A DNA stretch of 10,647 nucleotides from Deinococcota bacterium (lineage in GTDB: Bacteria; Deinococcota; Deinococci; Deinococcales; Thermaceae), in assembly GCA_041695225.1 (NCBI GenBank), contig JBGFRI010000036.1, forward strand, positions 1-10,647. The letters are read 5' to 3'. Of this stretch, positions 1-6,428 are shown one piece after another. Position 1 is the stretch's first letter. Each line of letters opens with the position of its first letter. The translations under genes were made by a program, and so were the position numbers. Under the pieces are notes generated by a model. The model worked only from the letters and a program-made list of their open reading frames with translations. It was not told the DNA's origin and did no database searches.

Positions 1-121
1 TTCTTCCCTGAGCAGTTCCAGGACAACCTGCGCTTTGAAACTGGCTGAGTGGTTCTTTCTCATAAACTAGTGTCGCTTAGAGCCTGCGGTTTTCGTGTCC
101 AGTTTATGGGGTCCATTATCG
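1..121 (+). mobile_element. Probable right end of an IS3-family insertion sequence (end of transposase OrfB plus terminal inverted repeat)
   Basis: Frame 1 reads FFPEQFQDNLRFETG* (stop 46-48), like the '..SPxxFE' C-terminus of IS3 OrfB. 96-121 TGTCCAGTTTATGGGGTCCATTATCG resembles IS3/IS150-type right ends, although it ends CG rather than the canonical CA. Protein-like sequence of a different gene starts immediately after. Confidence 0.5.
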
Positions 122-714
122 GCATCCTGGAAGAGTGCGCGGTTACCCGAAAGAGAGTATTGCCATCGGAACTGGAGAGATGCGCCACTACAGGCAAGAG
201 AGTTCTCAAGAGAATCCTGGTGACGAGCAGCCTCTCGGGAGCAAGCATTCTAGAAGAGGTTGCCGTGCGGTCAGCAGCAGGAACATTTTGCGCCCCAATC
301 GAAGCCAAGTCGTGTCTATGGAGTGGCCGGATATGCCATCCGGACGACCTTCGCGTCTGTGAGCTCACAGGCCTGCCCATCCACTTTGAGTTTGCTACTT
401 CGGGCGACACTCCACGACTCCAACCGCTAGTGGACCTACTCAACGGCATCAAGAGAAGCACCGACGAGCATCAGATGTGGGACGCCGTGGCGACCAAGGT
501 CGCGGCAACGCTCGGAAGGGGGCGTTGTAGGGTGGAGGCTGCTGTGCTTGCGCCAGGTGGGCGGCATCTCGCAGTCTGCTCTGAGATACGAACATTACTT
601 GGGTTCAGGGTGCATCAAGCTGGTTTCGTGTACGCAATTAAAAACAACTCCGTTGTTGGAAGGGTGGTTCAAGGGCGACGGGCTTCCAAGGGATGGCTGG
701 AGTGGAAAAGCTAA
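121..714 (+). pseudogene. 3' remnant of a Cys-rich repeat protein gene, probably 5'-truncated by the IS
   Basis: Repeated C-x-x-[TS]-[GR] units (CAVTR, CATTG, CLWSG, CELTG) in an open frame ending at TAA 712-714. The ORF-track N-terminus (49-120) is read through the putative IS end and lacks an obvious RBS. Confidence 0.55.
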
Positions 715-838
715 CTTGTGAAGCAGCCTCGGAACCAAGAACCACTTTCGGCGAGTAACTGCGCTTCGGAGGTTGGGGTGTAACCCGTGCGCTTAGACCT
801 AAAGATTCAGAACCTCCGTCGGCAGCGAGGTGACCAAT

Positions 839-968
839 GTGTACTCAGAAACGCGATTGAACAATAAAGACGCCATAGCTCAAGTAACGATTTGACAGTT
901 GCTCGAGGCCGCACGCTGGCACTCTACCTATGAAGGTGACGCCGCTGCAAACATGCGCCTCGAGCCGA
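839..968 (+). pseudogene. Remnant of the N-terminus of a type I restriction endonuclease subunit R (HsdR-like)
   Basis: After GAGGTG, the frame reads YSETRLNNKDAIAQVTI*QLLEAARWHSTYEGDAAANMRLEP with an in-frame TGA at 893-895. This resembles the recalled HsdR N-terminal pattern NKEAxARIKIxxLLExAGWxxxxxGxxxANIxLEP. Similarity ends at about 968. Confidence 0.45.
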
Positions 969-993
969 TCTCCAACACCTGCGGCGAGTGCGA

Positions 994-1196
994 ATTTTTC
1001 AGCGGGGCACAGATGAACCACTACAACAGCCCAGAACCTTCTCCACGCGCTTCTGGAAGGTGTTGCTGGACACAGCGGGCGTGCCTCGGACTCGTCTTGG
1101 GATCTGAAAGACAGCCAGCAATCGAACCACGGCAGAGCTTGGCGGCCTATGGCCCCTTGCGGTCTTACCACTAAGACTGTCGGGGACGCAAACCCC
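994..1196 (+). pseudogene. Heavily decayed tyrosine integrase C-terminal catalytic region
   Basis: Colinear frameshifted blocks IFQRGTDEPLQQPRTFSTRFWKVLLDTAGVPRTRL / DLKDS (1101-1115) / PLAVLPLRL / GDANP (1182-1196). They parallel VFPGDNPDKPLTP...LGIPHLRV-HDLRHS...PLELVAERM-GHANG of the intact integrase. Confidence 0.4.
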
Positions 1197-1351
1197 GTAA
1201 GGCCGCAGGCAGTGCTAACCGTCAGAAACAACCAGGTCGAAAAAACACCGGGATGCGCCGCGATGCACCTGGTGATGATTCCCAACGCGACCCTTTCGGC
1301 CCGGGCTGGGCGCTGTTTCTGGGCAAAAGACGAGGGTGAACTCGAGCCCGA

Positions 1352-1510
1352 CCTAGCGCATGGGGGTTTCTTTTTTGTCCTAGCGCATGGGGGTTCCTAA
1401 ATTTGACTGATACATGGGGCTTCTTGTTTGTCCCGATACATGGGGCTCCAACATTTAGCCTGGTATATGAGGGTTTCTTTTGCGCCCTGGTATATGGGGG
1501 TTTTTTTTCC
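1352..1510. repeat. Tandem array of six ~27-bp degenerate direct repeats
   Basis: The core ATG[GA]GG starts at 1360, 1387, 1414, 1440, 1467 and 1494 (spacings 27, 27, 26, 27, 27). Units come in three pairs: CCTAGCGCATGGGGGTT x2, CYGATACATGGGGCT x2 and CCTGGTATATGRGGGTTT x2, each followed by a T-rich linker. Confidence 0.9.
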
Positions 1511-1555
1511 TAATCCGGCTGAACCACAGGCGCAATTCACCCGACATGTACGTGG

Positions 1556-1584
1556 TTGACAGTACTTATTGAATATGCTACTAT
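1556..1584 (+). promoter_or_regulatory. Sigma70-type promoter for the RHH-integrase operon
   Basis: TTGACA (1556-1561), a 17-bp spacer, then TACTAT (1579-1584) with an extended -10 TG. RBS AAGGGG and ATG 1613 follow. Confidence 0.75.
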
Positions 1585-1612
1585 CGTAGTCAAAGAAAGG
1601 GGTGATGAATCT

Positions 1613-1828
1613 ATGCCACGTGGAGGATACAGACCGGGGTCAGGGGCCAAACCATTGCCCCCAGGCCAGAAGGCGCTTATCGTGAGCCTAACCCTGCGCC
1701 CTGCCACCAAGAGACGCTTAGACGCGGTGGCTAAGGCCAGCAGACGCAGCAGGAGCGCCATTGTGAATGAGTTGATAAACGAGCATTTACCTTTATCGGA
1801 GGGGAAGAATGCCAAGGCTAACCAATAA
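1613..1828 (+). CDS. Small basic ribbon-helix-helix (CopG/Arc-like) DNA-binding protein, 71 aa
   Basis: MPRGGYRPGSGAKP basic arm followed by IVSLTLRPATKRRLDAVAKASRRSRSAIVNELI (alternating beta strand, two helices, SRS motif). Start moved to ATG 1613 because of the RBS and promoter. Overlaps the integrase start by 20 nt. Confidence 0.75.
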   Translation: MPRGGYRPGSGAKPLPPGQKALIVSLTLRPATKRRLDAVAKASRRSRSAIVNELINEHLPLSEGKNAKANQ

Positions 1829-2927
1829 ACCCCGCAAACGGGCAGATGGCCGCTACGAGTGCCGTGTGACAGTTATCCGTGGTGGGAAACGGGTCAGGCT
1901 ATCGGCCTTTGGTAAGACCGCAAAACAGGCCGAGGCCAAGGCCCGTGACCTGAAGACCCGGTCTGAGCGGCATATGCTACCCGGCAAGGGGGCGACGCTG
2001 GCAGGTTTTGCCGAGTCCTGGCTCGAGCGTAAAGCCACAGAGGTAAGCCCGCGCACGGTTGACCTGTACCGGGCCGAACTGGGCTATGCCCTGCCCGTGC
2101 TGGGGGGTGCCCAGCTCGCAGAGATAAAACCGCTGGACATCCGGCTGCTGCTGGATAACCTGGCAAAACGCCTGAGCATCCGCACGGTGCGCAAAGTGCG
2201 TGAACGTCTGCACCGTTTACTCGAGGAGGCGCTGGCCTTAGAACTGATTTATCGCAACCCTGTGGCTGCGGTGAAACTGGCCCGGAGCAAGGCCGTAGGC
2301 CAGGTAGGTAAGAGCCTGGAGCCTGGCCAGGTCACACTGCTGCTGGCCGCGCTGGACACCCACAGCGATAAACGCACTGCCATGCTGCTGCGCCTGATAC
2401 TGGCCTGTGGGTTGCGTAAAGGTGAAGCGATGGGGTTGCGCTGGCAGGACATAGACCTCGAGGCCGGACTGCTGAGTATCCGCCAGGTCTGGGCCGCCGG
2501 GCCCCACGGGGGACGGCTGACCACCCCCAAGACCGCAGGCAGCAAGCGCACAGTCCCTATCCCGCTGGCTACCCTGAAGCGCTTACGGGAGTATCACACC
2601 CACTGGGTGGAACTGCTGGGTGCTGCCCCCCGCTGGGTCTTCCCGGGCGATAACCCCGATAAACCCCTCACCCCGAACAGTCCTAACCGTGCGCTGCACC
2701 GGATTGTCGCCCGGCTGGGTATCCCCCACCTGCGTGTCCACGACCTGCGCCACAGCTATGGTAGTCACCTGCTGGCTAATGGCGCACCCCTCGAGCTGGT
2801 GGCCGAGCGGATGGGTCATGCTAACGGGAATATCACCCTGGGCATCTACCGTCACCTGCTACAGCATGAGCGCAAAGGCTGGGTGATTGACCCGGAAGAC
2901 CTGGGGCAGCCCAGGGCGAAGGCATAG
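1809..2927 (+). CDS. int: Tyrosine recombinase / phage-type integrase, 372 aa
   Basis: N-terminal arm-binding-like RKRADGRYECRV and a SAM-like core-binding domain. Full catalytic set: GLRKGE, TPKT, HDLRH, MGH, IYRH. RBS GGAGGGG. Adjacent to a tRNA 3' end. Confidence 0.95.
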   Translation: MPRLTNKPRKRADGRYECRVTVIRGGKRVRLSAFGKTAKQAEAKARDLKTRSERHMLPGKGATLAGFAESWLERKATEVSPRTVDLYRAELGYALPVLGGAQLAEIKPLDIRLLLDNLAKRLSIRTVRKVRERLHRLLEEALALELIYRNPVAAVKLARSKAVGQVGKSLEPGQVTLLLAALDTHSDKRTAMLLRLILACGLRKGEAMGLRWQDIDLEAGLLSIRQVWAAGPHGGRLTTPKTAGSKRTVPIPLATLKRLREYHTHWVELLGAAPRWVFPGDNPDKPLTPNSPNRALHRIVARLGIPHLRVHDLRHSYGSHLLANGAPLELVAERMGHANGNITLGIYRHLLQHERKGWVIDPEDLGQPRAKA

Positions 2928-2992
2928 GTCTAAGGTCTAAGGTCTGTTGACTTTCGACCCCAAGCGTACCCCGGTCCCTGAGGAGGTAAACA

Positions 2993-3083
2993 TGCGGGTT
3001 GTGCGGGTTCATGCGGGTGAGGAACCGGCATATCTTAACGCTGTGCAGGACAAGGACAACCCCAACCATGCGGGTTTGCGGGT
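2993..3083 (+). repeat. Five copies of TGCGGGT
   Basis: Exact copies start at 2993, 3002, 3012, 3069 and 3077. Confidence 0.8.
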
Positions 3084-3145
3084 GGGGGGTGGCATAGCTG
3101 CGCAAGATGGGGCAGAGACATTTCTGTTGACCCTCTACCCCCCGT

Positions 3146-3194
3146 TGACAAAACTGGCAAAACCCCCCAAATGGAGGTTTTGGCGGTTTTGTCA
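3146..3194. repeat. 19-bp imperfect inverted repeat built from doubled CAAAAC units
   Basis: TGACAAAACTGGCAAAACC (3146-3164) versus GGTTTTGGCGGTTTTGTCA (3176-3194). Confidence 0.8.
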
Positions 3195-3285
3195 CCACCC
3201 CCCCCCAGGGGGTTTCTCAAATTCTCGAGGGGGCATCTACCCCCTTTGACTTTCTACCTTCGACATGCGACCTTCGACTTTTTAT

Positions 3286-3306
3286 TGGGGTCAAGAATGG
3301 GGTCAA
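3286..3306 (+). promoter_or_regulatory. Paired direct repeat TGGGGTCAA, putative integrase arm-type sites
   Basis: Exact 9-mers at 3286 and 3298 (12-bp period), lying between int and the tRNA end. The function is inferred from typical att architecture. Confidence 0.55.
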
Positions 3307-3311
3307 AAGAT

Positions 3312-3341
3312 AAAACACGGGAAGGCCACCCCGTGTTTTTT
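3312..3341. terminator. Probable bidirectional intrinsic terminator downstream of tRNA-Arg
   Basis: AAAACACGGG, 8-nt loop, CCCGTGTTTTTT. Confidence 0.7.
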
Positions 3342-3352
3342 ACGTCCTGAAC

Positions 3353-3428
3353 TGGCGCGCCCGAGAGGACTCGAACCCCTGACCTACCGCTTAGAAGGCG
3401 GCTGCTCTGTCCGCTGAGCTACGGGCGC
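3353..3428 (-). tRNA. tRNA-Arg(UCU)
   Basis: Reverse complement GCGCCCG...CGGGCGC-G-CCA acceptor stem, anticodon loop CT-TCT-AA, GTTCGAGTC T-loop; 76 nt. Confidence 0.97.
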
Positions 3429-3482
3429 ACAGTTTGTGCTGGTCTGTGTTTCTTAGGGGTAGCTTGAATCTGATTCATGGCG

Positions 3483-3503
3483 TTACCCTAATTTTTACCC
3501 TAA
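3483..3503 (-). repeat. Paired direct repeat TTAGGGTAA (minus strand), putative arm-type sites of a second element
   Basis: TTACCCTAA at 3483 and 3495 (12-bp period). Similar to, and inverted relative to, the pair at 3286-3306. Confidence 0.55.
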
Positions 3504-3547
3504 ATAGTTCGGGCCGAAACTCAGCCGCCAGACAGTTTAGCAAAAAA

Positions 3548-3668
3548 TCAGGCCTGGTGTCTCTGCTCGGTGGGTATGGCCTCCTCCACATCGAAGACAT
3601 AGCCTTTTCGCTCGTGCTCGAGGTGATGGAAGAATGCCCCATCCGCCAGACACAACCTCCACAGCCAC
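3548..3668 (-). pseudogene. C-terminal remnant of a homologous tyrosine integrase
   Basis: The minus strand reads VAVEVVS / RMGHSSIT / LEHERKGYVFDVEEAIPTEQRHQA*, against APLELVAERMGHANGNIT-LGIYRHL-LQHERKGWVIDPEDLGQPRAKA* in the intact int. It has frameshifts, and the catalytic Tyr segment is deleted. Confidence 0.8.
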
Positions 3669-3689
3669 ACAACATCTACAATCTGAGTC

Positions 3690-3715
3690 AAAAAAACCGC
3701 CTGTTAGGGCGGTTT
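3690..3715 (-). terminator. Intrinsic terminator after tRNA-Gly
   Basis: AAACCGCC/GGCGGTTT stem with a 6-nt loop, giving a U7 tail on the minus strand. Confidence 0.8.
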
Positions 3716-3717
3716 GG

Positions 3718-3793
3718 TGGAGCGGGAGACGGGATTCGAACCCGCGACATTCAGCTTGGAAGGCTGACGCTCTACCAACTGAGCTACTCCCGC
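3718..3793 (-). tRNA. tRNA-Gly(UCC)
   Basis: GCGGGAG...CTCCCGC-T-CCA, anticodon loop CT-TCC-AA, GTTCGAATC; 76 nt. Confidence 0.97.
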
Positions 3794-3810
3794 ATGTAGC
3801 GCTTTGCGCC

Positions 3811-3884
3811 GTCTAGGGTCTAGTGTCGAGGGTCGAGGGTCGACATCGGCTGTGACACTAGAATCTGGACGCTCAACTCTCGAC
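3811..3884. repeat. Inverted arrays of degenerate 7-bp repeats (GTCGAGG-like)
   Basis: GTCTAGG GTCTAGT GTCGAGG GTCGAGG GTCGACA, followed by reverse-oriented units ACTAGAA TCTGGAC GCTCAAC TCTCGAC. Confidence 0.75.
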
Positions 3885-3900
3885 CTGGCGATGGGCGCTC

Positions 3901-3977
<77 letters not shown>

Positions 3978-4013
3978 ACTGTACGTCCGGCCAGTAGCCG
4001 GTGCGCACGTTCA

Positions 4014-4043
4014 AAGATAGCACGGAAGGGCAAAAACGGTCAA
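4014..4043 (-). promoter_or_regulatory. Promoter for tRNA-Pro/tRNA-Gly
   Basis: Minus strand TTGACC, 18 bp, TATCTT with an extended TG, about 36 nt upstream of tRNA-Pro. Confidence 0.6.
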
Positions 4044-4052
4044 ATAAGAAAT

Positions 4053-4115
4053 GTCAAAGGTCGAAAGTCGAAGGCCACCAGCAATGCTCTAGACCTTTGA
4101 TCCTCGGCTTTCGAC
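4053..4115. repeat. Inverted arrays of degenerate 7-bp repeats
   Basis: GTCAAAG GTCGAAA GTCGAAG, then TCTAGAC CTTTGAT CCTCGGC TTTCGAC. Confidence 0.7.
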
Positions 4116-4164
4116 AGCGTAGTGCTACTCACCCCCATCCCCAGCCACCGGATTACTCAGTCCA

Positions 4165-4193
4165 TTGACATGGTTCTGTGCAACTACTATATT
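4165..4193 (+). promoter_or_regulatory. Promoter for tRNA-Lys
   Basis: TTGACA, 17 bp, TATATT, ending 12 nt before the tRNA. Confidence 0.8.
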
Positions 4194-4205
4194 TATTTGT
4201 TGCTT

Positions 4206-4281
4206 GGGCTGTTAGCTCAACTGGCAGAGCAACTGACTCTTAATCAGTGGGTTACAGGTTCGATTCCTGTACAGCCCACCA
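4206..4281 (+). tRNA. tRNA-Lys(CUU)
   Basis: GGGCTGT...ACAGCCC-A-CCA, anticodon loop CT-CTT-AA, GTTCGATTC; 76 nt. Confidence 0.97.
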
Positions 4282-4294
4282 CCAGGACGGATAA

Positions 4295-4319
4295 ATCCAC
4301 CCCTTCACCTGGGGTGGAT
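4295..4319 (+). terminator. Hairpin after tRNA-Lys (terminator-like, weak U tail)
   Basis: ATCCACCCC, 7-nt loop, GGGGTGGAT: a perfect 9-bp stem. Confidence 0.55.
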
Positions 4320-4337
4320 CTGCCATTTGACCGCAGT

Positions 4338-4432
4338 TCATTCTGGCACCAGCTCCTCAGCATCGAGCACCCAGTGCTTCTCTTGGTGTTCGAGCAGGCG
4401 TCGGTAGACCCCAGCGTGATGTTGGGGTTAGC
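4338..4432 (-). pseudogene. C-terminal remnant of another homologous tyrosine integrase
   Basis: The minus strand reads ANPNITLG / (1-nt frameshift) YRRLLEHQEKHWVLDAEELVPE*, against ANGNITLGIYRHLLQHERKGWVIDPEDL in the intact int. Confidence 0.85.
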
Positions 4433-4779
4433 TAGGCACACAGGACTATATACTGGCTATAAAAGGGTACGTTTAGCTTGCAGCAGCACACCGTATAGCA
4501 GCCGTAGTCGCACAGCCAACGGCTGACTTCGCCTTTGCTGCGTTAGGTTACGGCTTTGCCGGAATCGCGTAAGCGACTCGCCTAGGGACCCGGTGTCCGG
4601 GATAAATCGAGTACTATCACCTAGTTGTAGAAAGCGGATCTAATCCCTCGAGCCGCGGGCTTTAACCCAGCCGCGGAGCGTGGCCTGGCCACACAAATAG
4701 GCGGCAACATCTGAAAAAGCTTTTACCAGGCAATTCTACCGCGGGGGGTGTGCCGGCCGAGAGGGTATCGAAAACCACG

Positions 4780-6063
4780 TTACCTTGACGGCGCGGGCCC
4801 AAAATGGATGAAACGAACCACCAGCGCCGACAGTAGAACCGCCACTACCGGCGGGCCGGCCATCAGGTAGCGGAAAGCGGCTTCTGGATTGGGGCCAGGC
4901 TCTGCACCGCTTACGAAGCCAAAAAGAGGGGTCAGGGAGGCCAGCACCAGGTTCTGGATGAGCCCCGACAGCCGGATCAACACCGCGGCCGTACCGTAAA
5001 AGGCTCCCTCGCGGCGTAAGCCATTGCGCAGGGCGTCCTGGTCAATTACCCGTGCCAGCACCACATCCTGCAAGATTACCACTCCGCTCAGAGCAAGTCC
5101 CAGTGGCAGGGTAAGCAGCAACGTTGCGGCCAGGGTGTCCACCTGCCACATTGGGAGCAGAGCCAGAGCAAATAAGCCCATTGCCAACTGCCAGCTCTGC
5201 AGGGCGTTCAGCCGCTTGGTGATAAAGGGCCACAAAAAAGCGCTAAGCAGCGTAAAGGCAAACACCCCGGCAAAGACAATCCCAATCTGAGCGGCGGGAA
5301 GGTTTAGTACGTACTTAGCAAAAAAAGGAAACCCGATTATCAACAAGCCTAGCGCCGTATGGGTCAGGGCCACAGCCACCAGCATCAGGCGGAACTGGGT
5401 GTTTTTGAGGGTGTCAAGCAGGTTGGCCCAGAAACCAGCATAGGCCGGAGGCGGCATCCAGCTGGGCTCGCGCAGATTGGAATAGAAGGCCCACAAACAG
5501 AGTGTGGCTAAGCCGGCCCAGATCAGACCCATCACTCCGAACCCCAGATGGGTGTAAAGCAAGGGACTCAGTGAAGTGGTGAGCATTATGCCCACCAAAC
5601 CCACGGCGCGCCGCAAGGTATTGGCCCGCACCCGGGTATCTTCATCGGTATAGAGCGCAGGGAACAAGGCGTTGAAATTGACAAACACTACTGCAGCAAA
5701 GCCCTCGAACACTAAGAGGAAAAACAGGAGGTACAAAAACAAACTCAAATCTGACCAGGTTTGGGGCACGAACCATAGCGGCAAGCTTGAAAGCACGTAT
5801 AGCGGCAAGCCCCAGCGTAGCCAGGGCAAGCGCCGGCCCAGCGGGTGGCGGGTGCGATCGGATAAGTAGCCGAACAGCGGATCGTTGATGGTATCCCAGA
5901 CAGTATTAATGCTGCGGGCCAAGGCTACCCAGGTAGCGGCCAGGCCTATGTGGTCGGTGAAATACAAAACCAGAAAAGCACCCACCACGTTAGTAGGCAG
6001 ACCCAGACCAAACTCGCCCAGCGCATAGGCCCAGGGGGGAGTAGGAGGCTTGCCAGGGCTCAC
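4780..6063 (-). CDS. MFS transporter, glycoside-pentoside-hexuronide (MelB-like) family
   Basis: 427 aa with about 12 hydrophobic segments. Motifs WDTINDPLFGYLSDRT..LGRRLPW and VIDQD....GLRREGAFYG. Confidence 0.92.
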   Translation of the reverse strand: MSPGKPPTPPWAYALGEFGLGLPTNVVGAFLVLYFTDHIGLAATWVALARSINTVWDTINDPLFGYLSDRTRHPLGRRLPWLRWGLPLYVLSSLPLWFVPQTWSDLSLFLYLLFFLLVFEGFAAVVFVNFNALFPALYTDEDTRVRANTLRRAVGLVGIMLTTSLSPLLYTHLGFGVMGLIWAGLATLCLWAFYSNLREPSWMPPPAYAGFWANLLDTLKNTQFRLMLVAVALTHTALGLLIIGFPFFAKYVLNLPAAQIGIVFAGVFAFTLLSAFLWPFITKRLNALQSWQLAMGLFALALLPMWQVDTLAATLLLTLPLGLALSGVVILQDVVLARVIDQDALRNGLRREGAFYGTAAVLIRLSGLIQNLVLASLTPLFGFVSGAEPGPNPEAAFRYLMAGPPVVAVLLSALVVRFIHFGPAPSR

Positions 6064-6428
6064 CGGGTTGAGTTTATCAGCTTCGCAAGAGCAGTCGGCG
6101 GTATGGCTTTGTTAACAGTTATGAGGCTGGGCCGGGCATCGGAGGAATTGCCCATGACTATTGTTCACCACCAACGATCAAAATAGCGCGCTGGTCGTCT
6201 AAGCTGAGTCTGCCAAGTGGCTGCACCGAGGTCGGGCTTTCTCTGGTGCTAAGAGCTCACCGAGGGGTTTGGCCTAAGCATCCTCGCAGCACCCCCAATT
6301 TTTGCTTCAAACACGCGGGAGAGATCTGTCTACGGCTGGATGCTCAGCAGCACGCAGCCTTCAACACTAAGCCCTTGCCAAATCTATCTACATGGGAGGC
6401 TCAGTCATTCTACCTGAGCTCGGGCATT

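Larger units (their letters stand above)
1..3352. mobile_element. Integrase-proximal end of an integrative element/genomic island inserted at tRNA-Arg(UCU); the other end is outside the window
   Basis: The integrase converges on the tRNA 3' end, with paired direct repeats between them and decayed accessory genes upstream. No duplicated tRNA 3' end was seen in the window. Confidence 0.75.

Noticed and set aside
49..120. N-terminus of the 221-aa ORF as a real protein start
   Set aside because: It reads through the probable IS terminal sequence and has no clear RBS.
709..780. Integron attC site (GCTAAC at the stop codon ... GTTGGGG)
   Set aside because: The R''/R' boxes fit RYYYAAC/GTTRRRY poorly and are not complementary. 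The integrase looks phage-type rather than IntI-like.
1352..1510. CRISPR or guide-RNA array
   Set aside because: The 27-bp period is too short, the linkers are ~10-nt T-rich tracts rather than unique spacers, and no cas or nuclease gene is nearby.
1556..1612. TTG start for a 90-aa RHH protein
   Set aside because: The TTG is the -35 hexamer; the RBS supports ATG 1613.
4509..4522. Degenerate duplicate of the tRNA-Lys 3' end (att)
   Set aside because: Only ACAGCC matches, which is too short to distinguish from chance.
6154..6186. Small ORF MTIVHHQRSK behind GGAGG
   Set aside because: Ten codons with no recognisable leader-peptide or attenuator context; cannot be supported.
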